A DNA stretch of 64,000 bases, from NCBI GenBank assembly GCA_043228905.1, contig JBHGNT010000005.1, positions 8,184,001-8,248,000 on the forward strand, given 5' to 3'. Each line of letters opens with the position of its first letter. Within the stretch, counting starts at the first letter, position 1. Positions 25,175 through 34,439 of the stretch are shown one piece after another. This stretch comes from Azolla caroliniana. Its lineage: Eukaryota; Plantae; Polypodiophyta. Under the pieces are notes generated by a model, which did not search any database, was not told where the DNA came from, and saw only the letters and a program-made list of their open reading frames with translations. Position numbers and translations under genes: made by a program.

Positions 25175-25765
25175 CAGGTACAGTGTGTTGACCTTCCGGC
25201 CCGAGCCACTATCAGGCTCCCCTTGCTGAACTTCATGACACCGTTCCGGATGCTACCCGTGTAGCCTTCATCATCTAGTCTCCCGGCCGAGATCAGGTTC
25301 AATCGGACTTCCGGAACGTGTCGGACATCCTTCAGCAGCATCTTGCATCCGGTTGATGTCATCAGCCACACATCTCCTATGCCGGCAATCCGGCATGTAC
25401 CTTCATTTCCCATCCGGACAAAGCCGTGCTCACCGGCTGTGTAGGATGAGAAGTATTTCTTCTCCGGGGTCAGGTGGAACGACGCTCCGGAATCGACCAC
25501 CCAGGTCATCTCATCGCCGGCAAGGTTCAGCTCCCTCTCTTCGGTAATGAGCATTATTTCTTCTTCACTTGCCGCGAGTGCCGTCGTTCCTTTCCGGTCC
25601 TGCCCTCGCCGATCCGAACCTCTCCGGTCCGTGGCTCCCCGGTATGCACCGTTTCTCTCCGGTGACTTCTTCGAATCGGTGTCGTCGGATCCGTTGTCCT
25701 TTCGGTAATGCCGACAATTCTTCCGGAAGTGCCCCGGCTTCCCACAGTGGAAGCATGTGAGCCTT
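25174..25765 (-). pseudogene. Copia zinc knuckle and protease, frameshifted to pol near 25200
   Basis: CFHCGKPGHFRKNC; WVVDSGASFH; RHVPEVRLNLIS. Confidence 0.9.
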
Positions 25766-26681
25766 TCTACTAAACCCACTCATGATGCATCGGTGGGATA
25801 TCGGGAAGGATGCATTTGAATAACTAATCGTACCTAGTTAAGGAACCCTCTAAATTGCGATTGCGTTCCATCGAACTTCGTGGGAAGGCCAATCTTGGGT
25901 TCTTTATAAATCCCTTGTGTTCCGAGCCCTTGTTGTTGCATCCCTACGATGGTTGCTTCGAGTTGTTGCACGCGTAACGCAAGTTCCCCATGTTGTTGTT
26001 GCGTTTGCTGCTTTTCTAAGGAGATTTGTTGAAGATCCCCCAGCAACCGTTGGTTTTCTTGTTCCAAAGCATGGAACTTCTCTTTCAATCATTGAAATTC
26101 CGAGAAAACAGATTGATATTCTTCAGCGCTAACAGTGGCCATGGATGAAAGAAAAGAGGAATAAGAGATTAGTAGGAAATGAGAGAGACAGAAGGTAGGA
26201 AAAATCGGTTCAAACTGTCAGGAACAGTACTAAGACAGAGAAGGAATTAGTACTAAAAGAAGTATTAGTACTAAGAGAGGTGAAGAACTCTCGAGAGAAG
26301 GAAAGAGTGAGTGAGAGGGAGGGAGAGAGAGATCGAGAGAGAGAGAGTGAGTGAGTGATGATAAGAAAAGATATATATTATGTGAAGGAAATGTACAGTA
26401 GCTAGGAGGCTTAAGACTGGCGTTGAACCGATTTGGTTCGAAATAATGCCTTGTCCCTCCTTTTATAGTGTTCTAAGGAATACTCCTGAAGTTTCTAGAA
26501 TGTTCCAGAGAAATTTGGAATATATATCAATTTTCTATAATAAAACATAAAAGAAAATAATATTCTATGTATTACAATGTATAGTCTAATGGTCAAGAGC
26601 TCGACCCATGTAGCATAAGGTCATGGGTTCGAGTCTTGCCATATCATTACACTTGGGTTCGAGTCTTGCCATATCATGACA
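25766..26681 (-). mobile_element. Truncated Tcn1/Tf1-like gypsy chromovirus: 5' LTR 26216-26681, self-priming PBS 26202-26213, gag start
   Basis: TGTCA...TGACA LTR. Gag EPKIGLPTKFDG..SQFRGFLN*VRL...PSRYP. PBS is complementary to LTR 26423-26434. Confidence 0.82.
26575..26650 (+). promoter_or_regulatory. tRNA-like Pol III A/B-box cassette in LTR U3, antisense to the element; B box tandemly duplicated
   Basis: TAGTCTAATGGT (26582), 32 nt, then GGTTCGAGTC (26626). Second B box at about 26656. Confidence 0.6.
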
Positions 26682-28980
26682 CCTTTATGTGATTCGTCTC
26701 ATCCGAATTGAGATGCTCGACATCCGATTCGTTCCACCTCTTGTCTGAATTAGTTCTCTCCAACTCGTCCTCAATCTTCAGGCCCTTCAGAACATCAGAC
26801 CATGTCCGGGTCTTAGCCTTCATCTTCTGGTCATCTCTATCCTTCTTGACTCTACCGCCATTACCTCTTGTTCCAACTCTATCGGATGTGCCGACTTCTT
26901 TAGTTGACTCAACTCCCTTTTTCTCAACTGCTCCCCCTGTTTCATTCTCGTTCTCCTTCTCTCCGTTGCCTTTACTTGTTCTCCCCATTCTTATTCTCCC
27001 CTTCACTTGCGGCATGTCGAGATGTTGTAGCCCGAGCATCTCCGAAAAGTGTTGCAACTTGTTGGATTCAAGTGGCTTGGTGAAGATGTCGGCAACTTGC
27101 CGATCGGTTCGAACATACCGGAGTTCGGCTTCACCGTTCAGGACCCGCTCGTGCACAAAGGGATAATGCACCTCGATGTGCTTTGTGCGAGCATGGAACA
27201 CGTGCATGCTACTGATGTTGTTGCACTAGATCGGGATCGGAGTCAGTACTTTGATCCAGAGGTATTGGAGCAACCACCGAAGCCAAATGGCCTCACACGT
27301 CATGACGATAGCTCCTCGGTACTCAACCTTAGTGCTCAACAGAGCCACTATCAGCTACTTCTTGCTGCTCCATGCAACATCCGCGCTCCCGAGAGAAAAC
27401 ATGAATACAGATGTTGACCGTCGACCTGACGCATAACCGGTGTCGTGAGGATTTCCGGCAACAGTGAGAAAACCGGGTGGAGCGAATAAAACGGCGATGT
27501 GCAACATTTGCACATTGACATCGAGAAAATGTAAATATTTATGAGAAAGGAAAAAGGAACTATAAGGTGCTAAATTGCACTAAGGAGTTAGTGAGAGGTA
27601 CTTTAGTGCACATCACACATTAAGTAGTAGGTAGTGGGGGGGAGTTAGAAGAGAGTTAATGTAACACTCCCTAGAATCCAGGCAAATATCCTCCTCTGAA
27701 AAGGAGGGAAATATTTTTGCCTCCCACATTGTAACGTCCCTCCTTGCTTGGACTATAAAAGGGGGTGAGGGGTCTCTTGGAAGGGGGTTCTCTATTTTTG
27801 TTTTTCCCTGATTTGTTTTAGCTTACTATTTGTCTATTAGTGTTTGGGGTTCCATTTCTGGTTCAGGGTTTAGTTCTGTTCGAGCTTGTATGCTCTGTGG
27901 AGTTTCCAGTTTATCTTGTGTCTTCTACACAAGGCCTCCACTCGTGACGGCGAGCCCGAGTGCTCCCCGACTGGATGCTTGCTTGCAAATATTCGTTGTA
28001 TCTGGTCCATCTGTCCGGCTCGAAGCCAGAGATGTAATCTAATCGGTTGCACATGCATATATATATCTTAGTTGTGCATAATTGTGTCTCTGTCGGTGTC
28101 CAGTGCGTTCCTTTCTTTCCCGATTTTTTGTATATTGTGTGTGTGTGTGCGCGCGCACGCGCACGCGTCTCTCTCTTTCTAATTTTATTGCTTTTGATAC
28201 GTATCCGGAAATGCTTCAATCAGTGTCATAGCCTGTGTAACCGGCACTGGCAAAGTTTGGTCCTGGCCCGATCCGACACGTACCCATGGATTTCCGCGAC
28301 ACCAGCCCAATCGACATCAGTATAGCCGACTAACTATTTGGTTATATTGTGTTGGTACAACAGTCCCCGATCCTTAGTGCCGCTCACGTATTGTAGTAGT
28401 CGATGCGCGCACTGAAGGTGCTCAACAGTCGGGCGTTGCATGAATTGGCTGATCACTCTAATCAAATAGCCGATGTCAGGTCAGGTGATAGTTAGGTCTA
28501 TGAGGCTTCCGACAATTTGTCGAAACCGTTCCGAAGTCGGGATGTAACTTCGGATTCCGGTCAAGGGGTGTCGAGACTAGTTGGCAATCCGTCATGCCGA
28601 ACTGGAATAGCATATTCAATACATAATGTTGCTGAGACAACAATATGCCATCGAGGGTGTGGATCACTTCGATCCCGAGGAAGTAGTGAAGGTCCCCGAG
28701 TTCCTTCACCTCAAATGCTTCTGACAATTGGGACTTGACTCAGCCGATTTTAGCGACGTCAGGTTCGGTGATGACCAAATCGTCGACATATAGTAGAATG
28801 GCACACCGGAACTTTCCAACCTTTCCGAATGAACAATGAGGAGTCGAACTTGGAGGCCACAAACCCCATCATACGCAACATGTGTGTGATCTTCGAATTC
28901 CAAGATTGGGGGGCTTGCTTCATGCCATAAAGCAACTTCTTAAGTCAGCACACTACCGACTTGTTCAGTTCCAACTAAAA
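26682..28980 (-). pseudogene. Copia family C RT and RNase H with C-terminal tail, split by a solo LTR; continues at 47260
   Basis: HARTKHIEVHY, QVADIFTK, GYTDVDWAG|YASGRRST, ELGDLHYFLGIEV. Confidence 0.9.
27441..28301 (+). mobile_element. Solo LTR (TGTCG...CGACA) with TSD CCGG/CCAG
   Basis: Splits the DWAG codons of RNase H. Shares gcgatgtgcaac..tgcaca, ggcaaatatc and ctataaaa with 10916-11561. Confidence 0.85.
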
Positions 28981-29379
28981 TCATGAGTACGGTGTACCAA
29001 AAAAATATTGTTTTTGGCCAAAAAAAACATGAGTACTATTAGTACTGTTAGTACTAAGTAATTATAGAAACGTTTTTAAAAAGTCGAAAAATTTAAATTT
29101 TTTTTAGGGAGTGGGGTGAGGGTAGTACGCGTTGCATTTATGTCAGGGAAGTGGGGGAGATAGTTGTTGCGTATTCAGGACTAATTTGGGGGCGATTTCC
29201 CCCTCACATTAATTGATTTTGGCGCTTCTCATCATTTTGGCGTCTCCTCTTTCTCCTTCCAACCGAGCCCATCTCAAATTCGACCGGCCTGTTGTTCTCT
29301 GCATCTCAGGTATTTGAAGCACGTGAATGTCCCCAAAATTTTGCTATTCTTTGCGTCACTCTTCTTCCCCATCTTCTGC

Positions 29380-30690
29380 CTCCCTCGGTATGTCTTCTCC
29401 TTCCCTCAGTATGTTCTCTAGTGTTTATCAGAGCTATTATTTATGGCGTAGGTTATTTCAGAACAGATTATCCTTTTGAATGCAAAATTTAAGATTTATT
29501 TATGCTGAAAAGATTACGTCCTCATCGTCATCATGATTATTATTGTCATTATCATCTCCATCTACTTGTTCATTGTTACCATATTATGTTATTCATATTG
29601 TTATTTGTATTATTTCCCGATCTTAATGGAATGATATTCTTTTGTCAATGATGTCATGCACATGTGTTTTGCACCTAAAACCTAACTTTTATATTAGCCT
29701 AATGTTTTGGTCAAACTAGTAATTTAGGTAAGTGTTCTAGAAGAGATAACAACATAGAAATATGAAATTCAATGTATCTTATGAAAATGAAAAATGTGCA
29801 TATGTTTTTTGTGATACTTTAGTTTAATGTTTTAGATTGTCTAAAGCCGTGGTTTTATGGTTTAGGTTTGGTTCATATTCAATTATCCATTTCAGAATGG
29901 TCTAACTTAAATGATGGTTGTCTTTCTTAGTACTGTATTGGTTTGTTAAAGGAATATATGAGTATGGCATTATCGTACATGTTTATCCTAAAACTGGTTG
30001 ATGTTTATGCTATGGAAACCTATGTGGAAATGATCAAGCATTCTTTGTGTCACACATCTGAGCCATCTTCGCCTTTCGTCGCTATTTCTTCTCCTTCCCT
30101 CGGTATGTCTTCTTCTTCCCTCGGTATGTTGTCTCCTTCCCTCGGTATGTCTTCAGAACTGTTTTTTAAGCATTGGTTATTTCAGAACTGTTTTTTAAGG
30201 TTTAATATTTATTGATTATCCTTTGAAATGGAAACTTTAAGATTTATTTATGCTGAAAAGATAATGTCTTCATCATCATCATGATTATTATTGTCAAGTT
30301 CTAGATCTTAATAGAATGATAATCTTCCCTCGGTATGTCGTCTCCTTCCCTCGGTATGTCTTCAAAACTGTTTTTTAAGCATTGGTTATTTCAGAACTAT
30401 TTTTTAAGGTTTAATATTTATTGATTATCCTTTGAAATGGAAACTTTAAGATTTATTTATGCTGAAAAGATTATGTCTTCATCATCATCATGATTATTAT
30501 TCTCAATTTCTCGATCTTAATAGAATGATAATCTTCTACCAATGATGTTAGGCACTTGTGGATAACGCCTGAAACTTGACTTTTATATTAGCCTGTTGGC
30601 ATGGTTGTCTTTTTTAGTATTGTATTGTTTTGTTAAAGGAATATATGTGTGTGGTATTATCGTACATGTTTATTTGAAAACTGGTTGATG
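29380..30690. repeat. Internal direct duplications (about 230 bp tandem at about 30096-30540, plus an earlier diverged copy) with 21-bp cttccctcggtatgtc units
   Basis: Repeated blocks ccctcggtatgtc...aagatttatttatgctgaaaagat...catcatgattattatt. Confidence 0.8.
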
Positions 30691-31146
30691 TGGTTTGCAA
30701 TTGACATATTAAGTATGTTTATTCTACGATGTATTAAGCACTTACTTTGATTAATTAGGTACTGAAATAACAAGAAATTAGGTGTTGGAATATATGAGAG
30801 TGACAATGGTAGTCATCAAGGAGAGTGAGTTGTCATGTAGCAATTCTATGTCTCAGAGGAGCAAGAGACGAGTGGTTCTTCACATAGTATGTTATTTACT
30901 AGAAGTAATTGAGAGATTTACCAAGGAAGATCGTAGGGATATTATCTCTAAAGTGTTGCACCATCAACTTTTGAATGAAGACATGGAGAATATTAAGTTT
31001 TGGGACCAATGTGTTTCAGAGGAGATTGTAGAGTCTATGAAGTCATTCCTACACTTAGTGAAAGGGGTAGAGAGCATAGATAAGCTTGGTGCAAGAGAGC
31101 AACCCTTCACATGGTTGTAAATGGAACAAGAAAAAACAAAACACGG

Positions 31147-31713
31147 TGTCGTGCTTTTCAGCGTCAGATCGTTTGCGTGAGTCGGGTGGGAACCACTGGG
31201 GTTTTGGACTAGGAAGAGGAAGAATTTGAGACGATTTTAATTATGAATAGATTATTATAACCTTGCGAATCCCACAAGTATAATATATTTTATTAATTAG
31301 TATTTAGATAAGAATATGTATTTAGATTGAAAGAAAGATATAAGAAACTTGTGAATCCCACAAGTATAGATTATATTATTTTCGTGAATCCCACGATTAT
31401 ATTAATTGGTTGGTGTTTTTGGAAATATATCAAATTTCCAAGTATTTCACCCAATTAATATAATCGTGGGATTCACGAAAATAATATAATCTATACTTGT
31501 GGGATTCACAAGTTTCTTATATCTTTCTTTCAATCTAAATACATATTCTTATCTAAATACTAATTAATAAAATATATTATACTTGTGGGATTCGCAAGGT
31601 TATAATAATCTATTCATAATTAAAATCGTCTCAAATTCTTCCTCTTCCTAGTCCAAAACCCCAGTGGTTCCCACCCGACTCACGCAAACGATCTGACGCT
31701 GAAAAGCACGACA
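31147..31713. repeat. Perfect inverted repeat, arms 31147-31409 and 31451-31713 (263 bp), 41-bp spacer
   Basis: Base-by-base reading found no mismatch between one arm and the reverse complement of the other. Confidence 0.95.
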
Positions 31714-31717
31714 CAAG

Positions 31718-31735
31718 TGGTGAACCCGACGTGAA
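31718..31735 (+). promoter_or_regulatory. Primer-binding site complementary to the tRNA-Trp 3' end
   Basis: TGGTGAACCCGACGTGAA is the reverse complement of ...UUCACGUCGGGUUCACCA (plant tRNA-Trp as I recall it). It lies 4 nt after the LTR. Confidence 0.85.
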
Positions 31736-31752
31736 GACCGGGTGGCAAGGAG

Positions 31753-32457
31753 ATGGAGAATCAACAAGAGGCGATGAGCATAATGATGATGATGATGTTC
31801 GAACGAATGCTACAAGAACAACGAGCGATGTCGGAGATCACGGCGGTAGTAAAGTGGCTCGTACAACGAAACGGACAATTCAACGGAAACGATCTATCAC
31901 GCTATCTACATGACTACAAGGCAGAGATGATGCGATGTGGGATACCGGAAGGATTGCAAGTGATATCCTTCAGTCGGGTGGCCACGGATGAGCTACAAGA
32001 GAGAATCCACAAGATACGGCAACAAAACTCGACATGGGGGTCATTCGAAGAAGCTTTACGAGAGGCATATGATTACAAGAGATCGAAGGGAAAAGATCGG
32101 CGAGAATTCGACGAATGGGTGGCATCGGAGAAGACCCACCGAAGTGCAACACAAGCATTCCTAGAGTTCGAGAATCGTTTTGCTCGACTCTCGGAGCAGG
32201 AACAAAGATTGGTGGGGGAGGACAAAGTCCTAATGTTCGTAAGATCGATTGATCGGAAAGAAAGGAAGGACATCGGGATTGAACTCGAAGACGATGATGG
32301 TACGAATGGTCTTACCGAAGATTGGGCCGAAGTCCAAAGGGTATGCCGGAGACATGATGAGAGGAAGATGAGAATCTTGTCAACGACATGGCCGATGAAG
32401 GATGGTCTATTGAAGACAAACGATGGAGCCGATATGAAGGCCGAAAATACAACATGA
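31753..32457 (+). CDS. Gag-like protein (234 aa)
   Basis: Directly after the PBS. FNGNDLSRYL...W..FEEALREAY helical capsid-like pattern. Confidence 0.7.
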   Translation: MENQQEAMSIMMMMMFERMLQEQRAMSEITAVVKWLVQRNGQFNGNDLSRYLHDYKAEMMRCGIPEGLQVISFSRVATDELQERIHKIRQQNSTWGSFEEALREAYDYKRSKGKDRREFDEWVASEKTHRSATQAFLEFENRFARLSEQEQRLVGEDKVLMFVRSIDRKERKDIGIELEDDDGTNGLTEDWAEVQRVCRRHDERKMRILSTTWPMKDGLLKTNDGADMKAENTT

Positions 32458-32494
32458 TGGTGCGACGGAAGAGGGTGTAAAACAAGCTACCCTC

Positions 32495-33652
32495 TTGTCT
32501 TGCGAAAGAACAACGACGAAGGATAAGGCCGATAACCCAAGTGTAGAAGAAGATTTCAGAATACAAGTGTCCGAAACATCGGGTGAAAAAGGGGTAAGCA
32601 TAATTGATGCAGTGAAAGAGAGCAAAGAGGACTTGATTGAGGAGGTCGCCACGAAAGATGACATCGAATTGAAGGTGGCTATGGACGAATCAACGATGGA
32701 TGGCCATATCGAGACTTCCCCACCACTAATTCTAGAGACTCCGGCGGTTGCGTTCGAAAGGCAACGTGAGACCGAAGAGACGGAAGGTGGCGGAGAGAAA
32801 ACAAAGGTCGAAGTTGATGCATACAACGGAGAGATAGCCGAGAATATGGCTATGGGTGAAACAATGGAGGATGATAATACCGAGGATTCCTGCCCACTAA
32901 TCCTAGAGACTTCGGCAGTTGTGTCCGAGAACCAACGTGAGACCGGAGAGACGGGAGGTGGCGGCAAGAAAGGTAAAGTCGGAAGCCGGTTCGGATGGAA
33001 GGTGATCCGGACAGGATTCCGATCCGAAAGAAAGCCGAACCGGGTAAAAGGGGATTCGACCGAAAGTCGACCCGAAAGAAAGCCGAACCGAAAGGAAGAG
33101 AATTCGGCCGAAAGACGACACAAACGAGACCGATCCGGAAAGAAGCTAATCCGACTCAACTGGAGGTTGGACCGGTCGAGGCTGGTGAAAACGAGGAAAA
33201 GAAAGCCAACCAAAACCGAAACCGATAGATCGAAACCGGGCCGGAAGGAGACCGACTCAATCGAAACCGAACAACCGATTCCGATTCGGCCGAATACGAA
33301 TCCGATCGGAAGCCGATCAAACCGAAAGTTGATCGGACGAGAGCGATCCGGAAAAAAGTCAAGGTTGATGAAGAAAAGAAAGAGGGCAAGAAAAGATACT
33401 ACCGCGGATGACAAGGACCAAGCGGGCCATGCAAAAAGCGAACGAAGACTATGGTGGATCGGATGTCGACAATGGTTCGGGTGGAAAGAATGGATGTGCT
33501 CCAAATGGAGAGACAAAGTCAACATAACAAGAGAAGTCGAGGGTACTACGAGCCGGCAACGAAACCAATCGGGTAGAGACCGGACGGAGGAGACTAACAA
33601 ACACCAACAACTTCGGCACATACCGGAGGATGTGCGGGTTTGGAGGGGGTGA
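32495..33652 (+). CDS. Unknown low-complexity ORF (acidic N-half with duplicated PLILET motif, Arg/Lys-rich C-half) ending in the PPT
   Basis: 385 open codons occupying the place of pol. Ends HIPEDVRVWRG* over the PPT. Confidence 0.4.
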   Translation: MSCERTTTKDKADNPSVEEDFRIQVSETSGEKGVSIIDAVKESKEDLIEEVATKDDIELKVAMDESTMDGHIETSPPLILETPAVAFERQRETEETEGGGEKTKVEVDAYNGEIAENMAMGETMEDDNTEDSCPLILETSAVVSENQRETGETGGGGKKGKVGSRFGWKVIRTGFRSERKPNRVKGDSTESRPERKPNRKEENSAERRHKRDRSGKKLIRLNWRLDRSRLVKTRKRKPTKTETDRSKPGRKETDSIETEQPIPIRPNTNPIGSRSNRKLIGRERSGKKSRLMKKRKRARKDTTADDKDQAGHAKSERRLWWIGCRQWFGWKEWMCSKWRDKVNITREVEGTTSRQRNQSGRDRTEETNKHQQLRHIPEDVRVWRG

Positions 33653-33749
33653 GTGTCGTAGTGTATTTTGTACACTACGTGAAAAACGTATATAGTATTA
33701 GATTCAATAAAAAATGAAGAAATAGAAGAAAATAGCAAAATAAATGGAA

Positions 33750-33820
33750 CATGCATAGGGCAAGATTCGAACCTTGCACCTCCATGTTAATAATGTAATG
33801 TCTTACCATTACACTAGCAT
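33750..33820 (-). promoter_or_regulatory. tRNA-like A/B-box cassette in 3' LTR U3, antisense to the element
   Basis: On minus: TAGTGTAATGGT, 31 nt, then GGTTCGAATCTTGCC. Confidence 0.6.
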
Positions 33821-34439
33821 TTCATTAGTGTTAAAGCATAGATGTCCCACATAGAAAGGTAAATTCACGCTAGGATAAACATTAGAAAAACGCATAACAA
33901 AAGAAAAAGCTACACATACACATCTAGCGTGCATGATAAAAAACGCACAAGTTAGAAAAAGCATGATCACTTTAGATAAAGCATATAGTCTATCTATAGG
34001 AAAAGCATGGGGTCTATAGTTAGAGAAAAAGCATGGATTACTAAGACTTCCTCATCACTACATAAGGATGGGGAGCACAATGTAATTGTGTGTGAAAAAT
34101 ATTTGGAAACTGGATATGTTTCTAAAAAACACCAATTAATAAACTATACTCGTGGGATTCACGAGAATTCTATATCATTCTCTTTCAACCGAAGTTTATA
34201 TTCTTATATTCATATTGATTAATCTAATACAATACACTCGTGGGATTCACGAGTTTGCTATAACTCTTTCTTACAACATATTTATATTCTTATTAGCCTT
34301 AAAACTCTCCTCTTCCTAGTCCAAAACCCCAGCGGTTCCCACCCGACTCACGCAATGATCCGGAGCTGAAAGGCACGACAACGGATACTAAAGTTGCCTT
34401 AGCCCTTCGTATTCAAAGAAGGAACTTGAGGAAGCATCA

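Larger units (their letters stand above)
21724..25765 (-). mobile_element. Young copia family A, 5'-truncated: 3' LTR 21724-22368, PPT 22369-22380
   Basis: TGTCGG...TCCAACA followed by AACTCCCCCTTC. Intact pol. Truncated at the gag zinc knuckle. Confidence 0.93.
31147..34380 (+). mobile_element. Non-autonomous gypsy-like LTR element with palindromic 5' LTR, PBS-Trp, gag, unknown ORF, PPT, 3' LTR 33654-34380, TSD ACGG
   Basis: ACGG|TGTCG...CGACA|ACGG. PPT TGGAGGGGGTGAG at 33641-33653. No RT or integrase motifs. Confidence 0.9.

Noticed and set aside
22484-25229. Many plus-strand ORFs of 60-190 aa
   Set aside because: Antisense shadows of the GC-rich copia pol.
26575-26650. Functional tRNA gene (also 33750-33820)
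   Set aside because: A/B boxes are present, but there is no convincing acceptor or anticodon stem.
30782-31120. Host gene exon
   Set aside because: It lies inside the TIR-bounded transposon upstream of the transposase on the same strand, so it is probably a decayed N-terminal exon. No recognisable host domain.
31260-31600. Regularly spaced palindromic gtgggattcac repeats resembling a CRISPR array
   Set aside because: Eukaryotic LTR context, short repeats, irregular spacers mirrored by the palindrome, and no cas genes.
32407-33756. 449-aa hydrophobic antisense ORF as an env-like gene
   Set aside because: It is the shadow of a purine-rich sense ORF. The F/S/L bias is compositional and no domain is recognisable.
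31147-34380. DIRS or other tyrosine-recombinase element, or DNA transposon, because of the inverted ends
   Set aside because: It has a tRNA PBS, PPT, TG...CA ends and a TSD, with no recombinase or transposase motifs.
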